Assembly (NCBI GenBank): GCA_034408725.1
Contig: JAWXCN010000255.1
Location: 1 to 27,212, forward strand
From: Candidatus Hydrogenedentota bacterium
Lineage (GTDB): Bacteria > Hydrogenedentota > Hydrogenedentia > Hydrogenedentales > SLHB01
DNA: 27,212 nucleotides
Reading direction: 5' to 3'
In this document: positions 7,247 through 15,747 of the stretch, piece after piece
Position numbering within the stretch: the stretch's first letter is position 1
Layout: each line of letters begins with the position of its first letter
Made by a program: the position numbers and the translations under genes
Notes under the pieces: generated by a model
What the model was told of the DNA's origin: nothing
Database searches by the model: none
The model's input: only the letters and a program-made list of their open reading frames with translations

Positions 7247-8767
7247 ATGCGCAATTACGCACACGACCTATTAGAGTCGCTTGAACGCGGACGGCGATTC
7301 GTCGCGCACGATGTCTGGTACATTGGCCGCCCCGGCGAGGAAGTCCCTCATGGGCTAATCATCAAGCAAGTGCGCGTGCTCATCCTGCTGATTCGCAATC
7401 TGTTGCAAGGCGCGTTCCTGATGCGGTCCGCTGCGCTGACCTTCACTACGTTGTTGTCGATTGTTCCGTGCATCGCTATTTTGATCATCATCATTCAGAA
7501 ACTGAACCTTGGCGTGTATGTCGTGGATTTTGTGTTGGACGTCACACCCGGCGCGGAGACAGCCGCGGGGGCGGCGCCAATTCCCGCGCAAGACGCGAAC
7601 GAGGAAGTGATTCGCGCGTTTCTCCAATGGGTTTTCGCAGACGTTACGGTCCAGACCGTGCAGGTAAACGGCGGTGAAACGTCCGTGCGCGATCCTATCG
7701 AAACCATGCTGACGTTCGCGCGCGCGCTTGCCGCCCCCGGCGAAGCGACTTCAAGCACGGTGCTTGGGTTGGTCATGTTCGTATTGATGACCGTGTTTGG
7801 AATGATGTGGAACATTGAATCGGCGTTCAACGCGATCTGGGGCGTCCGGCGCACAAGATCGTGGGTGCGCATTTTTAGCGATTACATGTTGATCATGCTG
7901 TTCCTGCCGTTCGTGGTGTCCGCGGTGCTCGGTCTCATGGTGGCGTTGAAGAACCCGAATATCCGGTTTGGGCCCGCCGCGGGCTTGTTGTTCCTGTTGC
8001 AATATGGGTCGGTGTGGGGAGTGTTTTCACTACTCTACGCCATTGTCCCCAACACCAAGGTCAAATGGCGCTACGCAGTGCTCGGAGGCATTGTCGCGGG
8101 CACGTTGTGGTGCCTCGGGGCGTGGGGTTATTTGCAGTTGCAAATAGGTGTCGCGCGAAGCAGTTTGATCTATTCCAGTTTCGCCTTGTTCCCGTTTTTG
8201 ATCACCTGGGTGTATGTAAGCTGGATCATCCTGCTGTTCGGCGCGGAATTGACTTTCGCGTATCAAAACGAACAAACCTTCGCAATGGAACGGCACGCGG
8301 CCGGGGCCAGTTACGCCTACCGCGAAGCCGTTGGCCTGCGCGCAATGGTCGAGATCAGCCATCGGTTCCATGAAGGCATGGGGGGGCTTTCGACCGAGCA
8401 GGCGGCACGCGACTGGAACGTGCCCACGCGGGTCATCAACGAAACGCTCGATCAACTCGAAGAAGCTGGATTGGTGAGCCGGTGCTCGACGGAACCGGTG
8501 ACCTACCGCCCCGCGCGATCGCTCGAAAAAATTACGGTATGGGACGTGGTCCGCGCGTTGCGCGAATTCGGAAGGGAACCTTCCGCGTTGCGCGAGGATG
8601 AAGTGCTCCGCCCCCTGTTGGACGAAGTGGAAGGCCGTGAGCGCGTGATGCTGGGCGCAACGCTCGATACGTTGGCAGAGCGTTTCCATCCCTTGCGCGC
8701 AGCCATTGAAGTAGTCGGTTCAGAAACCAAAGAGTTGCCGCAACCCGCCACGGACACCGGCGCTTAA
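7247..8767 (+). CDS. YihY/virulence factor BrkB-family membrane protein with C-terminal Rrf2-like winged HTH, 506 aa
   Basis: SAALTFTTLLSIVP, IESAFNAIWGV, LYAIVPNTKV, IYSSFA..P..ITWVYVSWIILLFGAE. The C-terminal part reads VPTRVINETLDQLEEAGLV...Y.PARSLEKITVWDVV. Confidence 0.9.
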   Translation: MRNYAHDLLESLERGRRFVAHDVWYIGRPGEEVPHGLIIKQVRVLILLIRNLLQGAFLMRSAALTFTTLLSIVPCIAILIIIIQKLNLGVYVVDFVLDVTPGAETAAGAAPIPAQDANEEVIRAFLQWVFADVTVQTVQVNGGETSVRDPIETMLTFARALAAPGEATSSTVLGLVMFVLMTVFGMMWNIESAFNAIWGVRRTRSWVRIFSDYMLIMLFLPFVVSAVLGLMVALKNPNIRFGPAAGLLFLLQYGSVWGVFSLLYAIVPNTKVKWRYAVLGGIVAGTLWCLGAWGYLQLQIGVARSSLIYSSFALFPFLITWVYVSWIILLFGAELTFAYQNEQTFAMERHAAGASYAYREAVGLRAMVEISHRFHEGMGGLSTEQAARDWNVPTRVINETLDQLEEAGLVSRCSTEPVTYRPARSLEKITVWDVVRALREFGREPSALREDEVLRPLLDEVEGRERVMLGATLDTLAERFHPLRAAIEVVGSETKELPQPATDTGA

Positions 8768-8786
8768 CACGGAATCGAGGCACTAT

Positions 8787-10454
8787 ATGAAGCGATTGTG
8801 GATGGGCCTAGGCTTGGCAATGCTCGCGTTGTTTTCGGTCACCTGTAAACAGCGGCAGTCTGAAGACTTGGCGGAATCAACGCGTGCCTCCGGTGCACCC
8901 ATAACTTTGGGCGTGTTAAAGCTGATGCCTGAATCGGCCGTATCAGTAATCGCCATCCCCTCCATTGAGAGCGCCTATGAACAGATCGAGACGCTGTTGA
9001 TACGCGGCGCGCCGGACGATATCAACATGGAAGCGGAGTTGAAGTTCGTCGTAAGCCAGTTTGCCCGATCGGCGGAGGTCTACGACGCATCCACCCTTGA
9101 TGACATCGCGCTCGCCAAAGGTATCGATCCGCAAGAACCCATCGGTCTCTATCTGGGAACTGCCCCCGATGACCAGCAACCGCAACCCACGCAAAACGAA
9201 GTGCTGCGCATGATTGGATTCGACACCATACCGCCATATGCCGCGGCGTTCCCCATCTCGAATCGGCAGGACGCCGAGCAATTTGTGGCAGATTGGGGTG
9301 GCGCCGGGACCATGGAATCGCTCGATCTCGATATGCCCCGGACAACGATTTTCACGCGCCCTGATAAATCATTTTCATATTTCTTCACGGACAAGCATCT
9401 CGTCGCCGGATCGTCCCCCGATCTTGTTCGGGGTGTCGCGGACCGGATGAAATCGCCCGCTACGCTTCAGTACGGGACAACGGAATGCCCCGCGGACAGC
9501 GCATACGAACTTGTACAGCTTGTCCGGACAGATAAACTTTCCAATGGCTCCGGCGCGGCATTTCCCGGGATGCTGGGCGCCATGCTCCCCCGAAGCGCGC
9601 GCGATGCGACCGAAGAAGCATGGGCGGGTTGGCTTGCTGACTACACCGGCGCCGATCCAATGGTCGTCACTTGGAATCTAGAGGAGGACCGCTCCACGGT
9701 GCGGGCGCGCCTCGACTATGACATGCACGCGGCGGCAAAACAGCGCTTGGGTGAGGCGAAGCCCTTGACGCATGTGAATCTGCTTCCATCAGACACGTTG
9801 GGTGTGTATTCAATTGAGGTGACACCGCGCATGCGCGAAGGACTCAAAGAACTGACGGCAGAATTTGTCGGGAGCGGTGGCGGATTGGTCGAGCAGATTA
9901 ACGAAGCTTTCGGCCAACTCATCGATACGGCGGGTGGAGAAGCGACGGTCGCCATCTTCGACGGCGAGGATGCCTATTCGAATGTCGTCATGCTCGTCGA
10001 ATTTCGGGACGGAGCCGTGACCCGCGCGAAGATGAAAGAGCTTGGGTTGGCCCCTCTTGTCGCGGAAACGTATAACAACGTCGATATCTATTCGCTGATC
10101 ATTCCCGCGCCCGTTCCGGTGTATTACGCGCTGCCTAAAAACACCCTTGTCGCGGCCAGCGGGATTGATAAGGTGAAATCGTTGATCGATGCGGTGAATT
10201 CGGGCAAGCCCACGCCGTTCGCGGCGGGTCTGAATCCACCGTTAGACCCGAAAGTTCCACGGCGGCAACTGTTGGTCGCGCGCGGCGAGTTGCTGACCGG
10301 TGTACTGATTCCAGTCCTGACCGAATCCAGCCAGCTTGACGAAGCCCGAACCGCAACCGCAACGCTAAGCATTCAAAAAATTCGCGACGTGCGGCTGACA
10401 ACCGAAATCACAAACAATTGGCAGGACACACGCCTCGTCGTGCAACTGGATTGA
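8787..10454 (+). CDS. Hypothetical exported protein, probably a lipoprotein (possibly DUF3352-like), 555 aa
   Basis: GAGG RBS and the signal peptide MKRLWMGLGLAMLALFSVT-C with a lipobox-like Cys. Two related halves each start with L..(M/L)P (LKLMPES, VNLLPSD), and ETYNNVDIY is present. Confidence 0.65.
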   Translation: MKRLWMGLGLAMLALFSVTCKQRQSEDLAESTRASGAPITLGVLKLMPESAVSVIAIPSIESAYEQIETLLIRGAPDDINMEAELKFVVSQFARSAEVYDASTLDDIALAKGIDPQEPIGLYLGTAPDDQQPQPTQNEVLRMIGFDTIPPYAAAFPISNRQDAEQFVADWGGAGTMESLDLDMPRTTIFTRPDKSFSYFFTDKHLVAGSSPDLVRGVADRMKSPATLQYGTTECPADSAYELVQLVRTDKLSNGSGAAFPGMLGAMLPRSARDATEEAWAGWLADYTGADPMVVTWNLEEDRSTVRARLDYDMHAAAKQRLGEAKPLTHVNLLPSDTLGVYSIEVTPRMREGLKELTAEFVGSGGGLVEQINEAFGQLIDTAGGEATVAIFDGEDAYSNVVMLVEFRDGAVTRAKMKELGLAPLVAETYNNVDIYSLIIPAPVPVYYALPKNTLVAASGIDKVKSLIDAVNSGKPTPFAAGLNPPLDPKVPRRQLLVARGELLTGVLIPVLTESSQLDEARTATATLSIQKIRDVRLTTEITNNWQDTRLVVQLD

Positions 10455-10507
10455 CACCGGGCTAGGACGTGGTCTTTTGCTTCGGATTAGCGGTGATTGG
10501 AATCGGA

Positions 10508-10654
10508 CTATTTGGACTGCGGTGGCGGAGCGGGTAGCGCAGACACCGCTTTGGCTGTTTCTGGGCGAGGGCTTTGTGCGCGCACGGGTAAGTTCTAGAT
10601 CAACTGTGATAAACAGCCCAAGCGGCGCCTTGGGGGCCGCCGCAGTCCAAATAG
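10508..10654. repeat. REP/REPIN-like inverted pair, family A, copy 2
   Basis: A perfect 15-bp terminal inverted repeat CTATTTGGACTGCGG (10508-10522 / 10640-10654) and an inner 14/15 inverted repeat (10546-10560 / 10611-10625). The arms share TTGGACTGCGG...CCGCTT with the 4073-4208 element. Confidence 0.8.
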
Positions 10655-10768
10655 GCTTCTTGCTGCCACGCGGCCAAGGCCGAGCGCTACGAATGCGCCA
10701 GTGGCCGCGCGTAGCGGGCTTGTGCTATTCTATGGCGCGTTTGATGGCCTCGAGGCAGGGCACGGTAA

Positions 10769-11194
10769 GTGACAACGCCTTTTTTCGTCAGCGAGTTCGA
10801 GAGTACGATGGAGGCCTTGGGCGTCACGCTCAAGGCTGCTTTACGCGCTTTGGTTGACAAAGGATGGGTAGATTCCGGTCAAACCTTTTACGCGCAGTTG
10901 TGCCTTGAAGAGGCCCTGGTCAATGCGGTCGACCATGGCAACGAACGCGACCCGTCCAAGCGCGTGCGCATTGAAATGATCGAAGAAGACGACTGTTGCG
11001 TCATTCGCGTCTACGATCAGGGCAGTGGCTTTTCACCGGGTGACATCCATTTGCCGGAGTTGGAGCAAATGAACGGACGGGGCATTTGCCTTATCCGATA
11101 TTGTATGCAGGCCGTTGCCTATAACAATCAGACGAAGTGCCTGGAAATGCGCATGCGGCGAAACGCCGTCTGCCCAAAGGAAAACATAACATGA
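10769..11194 (+). CDS. Anti-sigma factor Ser kinase, RsbW/SpoIIAB-like (HATPase_c_2), 141 aa
   Basis: N-box LCLEEALVNAVDHGN, G1 DQGSGF, G2 NGRGICLI. GTG start. Confidence 0.88.
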   Translation: MTTPFFVSEFESTMEALGVTLKAALRALVDKGWVDSGQTFYAQLCLEEALVNAVDHGNERDPSKRVRIEMIEEDDCCVIRVYDQGSGFSPGDIHLPELEQMNGRGICLIRYCMQAVAYNNQTKCLEMRMRRNAVCPKENIT

Positions 11195-11604
11195 GCGACG
11201 TGGACTTGGTAGAGTTTAACGAGCACGGCGCCATTAGCGTCGGGGTGGTGCACGCCGGCAGCGTTCTGGATGCGTTGAACGTGGCGCAGTTTGGCGCAAG
11301 CGTGCTCGCATACGTGAAGAAGAACCCTGGCTTGAGGCTCCTGCTCGATTTCCATCAAGTCGGATATTTGTCCAGTGCGGTTCTGACTGAATTGCTGCGC
11401 ATAAACCAGACCTGCAAAGAAATGGGCGGTGAGCTGAGGCTGTGCGCGCTGAACGACGACATCCTCAAAGTCTTCGAGATCACCAATCTCGACAAAATGT
11501 TCACCATCTATGCGTCTGCCGACGATGCTGTCGTGAAGTATGCCCGCTCGTTGGCAGTGGAAGCCCAGGAGGAAGCCTGGACGCAAGTGCAGCGAGACGC
11601 CTGA
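11191..11604 (+). CDS. STAS-domain anti-sigma factor antagonist, RsbV/SpoIIAA-like, 137 aa
   Basis: LLLDFHQVGYLSSAVL..GGELRLC.L...ILKVFEITNLDKMF.IY. It has an ATGA overlap with the kinase stop and an AAGGA RBS. Confidence 0.88.
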   Translation: MSDVDLVEFNEHGAISVGVVHAGSVLDALNVAQFGASVLAYVKKNPGLRLLLDFHQVGYLSSAVLTELLRINQTCKEMGGELRLCALNDDILKVFEITNLDKMFTIYASADDAVVKYARSLAVEAQEEAWTQVQRDA

Positions 11605-13037
11605 TGCACGTTGCCCGCGCGGCAATTGCCATTCTCGCCGCGTTCATTTCCATTGCAGGGACGGCGCAGCAAACCGAATTTGATGCGCTCGACGCTTTGT
11701 CCGGAGTTGCCTTGTCCGGTGACAACGAAGCAGCGGCAATACTCCACGGCCGGCTCGCGGACCCCGCGGTCCCGGTCGAAACCTGGCGCAAAGATTTCCA
11801 GGAGTACTTCCGCGACGGCGTTTTTACCACTCCCCTCGGACTATTCTGGGATTTCGCCGTTCGCGATTTTACCGGCGAGGACCGCGCCCACGCCGCCATA
11901 GTTTCCGCGATATGCGCTTGCGAAGCGGTAAAGGCCGCGTTGCCGCGCGTGCACGAGTTACCGGCGGCATACGAATCGCTTACGCTGTCTTTCCGATGGC
12001 TTGAACACGTCTATCCCGCGATTGCGCCGAACGGGCGCGTCACGATTTTTGACGCTCTTGACCAGTCTCTCTCAGGCGTTGGTCTTGCCACAATTGCGCA
12101 ACAGCGAAGCCGATACGCGTTTTACATTCAGGCGGGTTTGACGCTTCGCGCCTACGCCATCGGCGATGCAGGGGCGCGGCAACGCCTGGCGGCAGTTTTG
12201 GGGTTGCAGGGGGGACCTCAAATCATTTGGCAGACGCATGGCATTCTGTTGTTCGATAACAACGCCTACAGTGTGCATCATATCGCGAGTTTGAGTTCCG
12301 TTTTGAACGCGATTCCAAGAGACCTGCACGCCATTCAGGCAATCATTGTGCCGGAGGCCACGGGCATCAACGCAGGAGCGGGTTTCGTCAGCGCGGGACA
12401 GGTGTTGTATCTGCCGTATATCGCGATGGACCTCTATACTTCGCGCCACGAATTTATCGAAGGCCCCGGGCCGGTCGCGCCTATCTTCACAGTGACCGTC
12501 GCGCAGGAAATCGTGCGCGCCGTGCAAGCCGTTCAATTTGTGAACCGGCCCGAACTGGCGTTTCGCCGCGACGTCATTCTAGCGAACGCGGGTCAAAACG
12601 CGACGCGCTACTTGCGGCATTACCGGATGGTTTCGCCCAGCGTGTATTGGAGCAACCCCGACGAGTTGCTACCCGCGCTGGCGTACGTCTACTTCATCGA
12701 TTCGCGCGCGGCGTTTCAGATGGCGATCATGTTGTTTGCGCTGAAAGAAGAAGAGCCGATCGATCAATTTCTGTTGCTCGCGGACTTGCTGTCCGGCGGG
12801 TCAAATACGTCCTCTCTCTACGCCACCACACCCGACGGCGCGGTCACTCGGGCGACATCCGCGATAGGCCGCGTCCACGGCTCGTGGGTAGCGCCACCGA
12901 ATGCCGCGGGCCTCCTGCATTATCGCGACATCATTCCCGCCAACGTTTGGTTCTGCAACGCGATCGCATACGGCGGCGATAATTACGTTTTTGATTTCGA
13001 CGCGCACGGCATCACTGTGCGCTATCTTCGCCGGTAA
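11604..13037 (+). CDS. Secreted hypothetical protein, possibly a degenerate zincin-like fold, 477 aa
   Basis: TGATG overlap with the STAS stop and the signal peptide MHVARAAIAILAAFISIAGTA. No family was recognised. TVAQEIVRAV..NPDE is reminiscent of HExxH..E. Confidence 0.65.
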   Translation: MHVARAAIAILAAFISIAGTAQQTEFDALDALSGVALSGDNEAAAILHGRLADPAVPVETWRKDFQEYFRDGVFTTPLGLFWDFAVRDFTGEDRAHAAIVSAICACEAVKAALPRVHELPAAYESLTLSFRWLEHVYPAIAPNGRVTIFDALDQSLSGVGLATIAQQRSRYAFYIQAGLTLRAYAIGDAGARQRLAAVLGLQGGPQIIWQTHGILLFDNNAYSVHHIASLSSVLNAIPRDLHAIQAIIVPEATGINAGAGFVSAGQVLYLPYIAMDLYTSRHEFIEGPGPVAPIFTVTVAQEIVRAVQAVQFVNRPELAFRRDVILANAGQNATRYLRHYRMVSPSVYWSNPDELLPALAYVYFIDSRAAFQMAIMLFALKEEEPIDQFLLLADLLSGGSNTSSLYATTPDGAVTRATSAIGRVHGSWVAPPNAAGLLHYRDIIPANVWFCNAIAYGGDNYVFDFDAHGITVRYLRR

Positions 13038-13046
13038 CCCACCAGC

Positions 13047-13436
13047 ATGCGCTGGCCCTATATCATCGCGACCGCGGCGTACTGCGGCCTCATCTGGCAA
13101 ATGTCCTCCGATACCACGCCGCCCACGTGGAAATTTCCGTGGCAGATCGAGGGCCTGGACAAAGTGTTCCACGCGGTTGTGTACGCCGTCCTTGGGGCCA
13201 TCGTTTCAGTCGGCATGCGGCGCTCCGGAAAACCGGTGTCGCCCTGGGCGCAGTGCTTCGTCCCAGTGCTATTTGCGACCTTTTATGGTTTGTCTGACGA
13301 GGTCCACCAACTGTATGTGCCGAGCCGCAATTTTGACATCGGGGACCTCCTCGCGGACATGGCGGGCGCGACAATGGCCCAGGTAGTGCTTTGTTATCTG
13401 TATTGGCGGGGCGGGCACGCGCTCGCCAACCCATAG
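13047..13436 (+). CDS. VanZ-family membrane protein, 129 aa
   Basis: DKVFHAVVYAVLG and YGLSDEVHQLYVPSR.FD.GDLLAD motifs. Confidence 0.9.
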   Translation: MRWPYIIATAAYCGLIWQMSSDTTPPTWKFPWQIEGLDKVFHAVVYAVLGAIVSVGMRRSGKPVSPWAQCFVPVLFATFYGLSDEVHQLYVPSRNFDIGDLLADMAGATMAQVVLCYLYWRGGHALANP

Positions 13437-13472
13437 AATGGAACTACCGGCGGCAATGCGGTATTCAATTCA

Positions 13473-13501
13473 TTGTGCAAGCGCCGCTATCGTGATACGA
13501 T
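13473..13501 (+). promoter_or_regulatory. Putative sigma70 extended -10 promoter, probably giving a leaderless PBP1A mRNA
   Basis: TTGTGC (13473-13478), 17-nt spacer ending in TG-A, TACGAT (13496-13501), then 6 nt to ATG 13508. No SD is present. Confidence 0.55.
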
Positions 13502-13507
13502 TTTTTC

Positions 13508-15718
13508 ATGTCTGAACAATTGCCAAATATACCGACCCTTTGGAAACGCATGGACGTGCGCGGATGCGGCTTTCTGTTCTTCCTGTTCATGGTCGCGGTG
13601 GGCTCGGCGTTTGGCGCCGGACTCGGCGTTTTCGCATGGCGCATGGAAAAGGCCAAGGCACAGATCGCAACGCTGGACCAGTTCCGCCCAAAGATCGGCA
13701 GCAAAGTGTACGCGGACGGCGGCGCGGTATTCCTCGGCGAGTACAACGTCGAGAACCGGCAGCTCGTCCGGTTGAGCGAGATACCCCTAATCCTTCAAAA
13801 GGCGGTGGTCGCCGCGGAAGACTCGGTATTCTACGAGCACAAGGGTGTCCGGCCCGACGCGATTGTCCGGACGGGACTCGACGTGCTGCGCACGGGCAGA
13901 ATCCGCGGCGCAAGCACGATCACGATGCAATTGGTCCGCAACGCGGAAGAAGCCACGGGCGTGTCGAAAGAACGAACGCCATCCCGCAAATTGCAGGAAA
14001 TGATCGTTGCGTTGCAGGTCGAACGGGAATTTACAAAGGATGAAATCCTCGAGCTGTATATGAATCAGGTGTTTCTTGGCGGAAGCGCGCACGGAATTGA
14101 AGCGGCCGCGCAATTCTATTTCGGAAAACCATGCAAGGATGTAAACATCGAGGAAGCCGCGACGCTTGCCGCGATTTTGCCGTCGCCCAATGCGTATCGG
14201 CCCGACCTGCATGCCGAACGCGCGCAACGCCAGCGCAACCTCGTGCTGGACCGCATGCTCGAGCACGGCTTTATCACGGCGGATGAATTCGAGCGCGCCC
14301 GGGCCACCACGGTAAGGGACTACACACTCACGCCGGAACAGCGTCTTGCGCGCATGAACGAAGAGTCGGGACTGCTCACGCCCAACAAGTTCCGCGCGCC
14401 GTATTTCGTGCGCGAAATGAAAATCCGCATGTTGCAGGAACAGAAATACGACGACCAGCAATTGATCGACGACGGCTACGAGATCATCACGACTCTTGAC
14501 ATGCGGTTGCAGAAAGCCGCCGAAGAGGCCATGTTCAATCAGTTGCGCGCGTTCGATGAACGGAAGCTGAAGGCACTGCAACGCGCGGGCCGCGAAGACG
14601 AGTTCGTGCCGGTACAAGGCGCGCTCGTGTGCATGGACAACCGGCCCGAGTTCGCGGGGTACGTCCGCGCGCTCGTGGGCGGCCGCGATTGGGAAGTCGA
14701 ACAGTTCAATATGGCAACCCAGGCGGGACGCCAGCCCGGATCAAGCGTAAAACCATTCGTATGGGCGACCGCGCTCGAGAATGGGCGCGGCAAAAAAATT
14801 AACCCCACAACCATTTATGTCGATGGACCGTTCACGATGCGCGGCGGTAATGGGCAAGCATGGTCGCCCCGGAATTTCTCCGGTGACTATTCAGGCCCCG
14901 TGTCGCTACGCCTGGCACTGGAAAAATCTATCAATACGGTCTCGGTACGTATCGCGGACGATAAGGCCATTGGCGGCGTACCCGCGGTGAAGGAAATGAT
15001 TCAGAAATGCGGCTTCAGCATTCCGATTCCGCCGGACGCCGGGCTGACGGTTGCACTTGGGTCCCATTCAGTGACGGCGCTCGAACAGTGCGCGGCCTAT
15101 TCGATTTTTCCCAATGGCGGCATGTACGCGAAGCCTATCTTCATCGAAGCAATCAAGGATCGCGACGGATTGGAGATTTATCGCGCGGAGATCAAGCGCG
15201 AGCAAAAGATGAGTCCCGAAGTCGCGTTCGTCATGCTGCACATGTTGCGCGGCGTGTGCGAAGCGCCATGGGGCACGGGCGGACGTACAAGGGAATTGGA
15301 ACGGCCGCGCGGCGGCAAGACCGGCACCTCGAACGACGCACGGGATGTGTGGTTCTGCGGCTTCACCCCGGAGTATACCTGCGTCGTCTGGATTGGCTAC
15401 AAGGACAACCGCTCGCTGGGAAGTGGCGCCGACTATACGGGCGGGCGCATGACCGTGCCCGTGTGGACAAACTTCATGAAGACGGCCCTGGAAGGCCAGG
15501 AAGTGAAAGACTTCGCAGTACCGGAGGGCGCTGAAATTGAGTGGCATAACGTCACGCGTCAAACCAGTCGCGGACATGCCGCCGGATTCAAGGAGGCTTT
15601 CATCAAAGGCACCTACACCGCGCCCGCGCCACCCGCCCCGCCAAAACCTCAAGACGTGTTCGATAGCATCGAAGATCAGATGGAAAGGCAGGACCGGTTG
15701 ATCTCTGGCGTGCTGTAG
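13508..15718 (+). CDS. mrcA: Class A penicillin-binding protein 1A (transglycosylase/transpeptidase), 736 aa
   Basis: N-terminal TM anchor. GT51 motifs EDSVFYEHKG, GASTITMQL, RKLQE and KDEILELYMN. Transpeptidase motifs SSVK, SIN and KTG. Confidence 0.92.
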   Translation: MSEQLPNIPTLWKRMDVRGCGFLFFLFMVAVGSAFGAGLGVFAWRMEKAKAQIATLDQFRPKIGSKVYADGGAVFLGEYNVENRQLVRLSEIPLILQKAVVAAEDSVFYEHKGVRPDAIVRTGLDVLRTGRIRGASTITMQLVRNAEEATGVSKERTPSRKLQEMIVALQVEREFTKDEILELYMNQVFLGGSAHGIEAAAQFYFGKPCKDVNIEEAATLAAILPSPNAYRPDLHAERAQRQRNLVLDRMLEHGFITADEFERARATTVRDYTLTPEQRLARMNEESGLLTPNKFRAPYFVREMKIRMLQEQKYDDQQLIDDGYEIITTLDMRLQKAAEEAMFNQLRAFDERKLKALQRAGREDEFVPVQGALVCMDNRPEFAGYVRALVGGRDWEVEQFNMATQAGRQPGSSVKPFVWATALENGRGKKINPTTIYVDGPFTMRGGNGQAWSPRNFSGDYSGPVSLRLALEKSINTVSVRIADDKAIGGVPAVKEMIQKCGFSIPIPPDAGLTVALGSHSVTALEQCAAYSIFPNGGMYAKPIFIEAIKDRDGLEIYRAEIKREQKMSPEVAFVMLHMLRGVCEAPWGTGGRTRELERPRGGKTGTSNDARDVWFCGFTPEYTCVVWIGYKDNRSLGSGADYTGGRMTVPVWTNFMKTALEGQEVKDFAVPEGAEIEWHNVTRQTSRGHAAGFKEAFIKGTYTAPAPPAPPKPQDVFDSIEDQMERQDRLISGVL

Positions 15719-15747
15719 CCGTTTGAAGGGATGACGAGTGCGTCGCC

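Noticed and set aside
10477..10857. 126-aa ORF upstream of the anti-sigma kinase
   Set aside because: It has a TTG start, runs through the REPIN-like element and overlaps the kinase out of frame.
13787..14617. 276-aa minus-strand ORF, and similar ones at 8030-8689, 6653-7264 and 15068-15652
   Set aside because: These are antisense to well-supported genes and have no recognisable domains.
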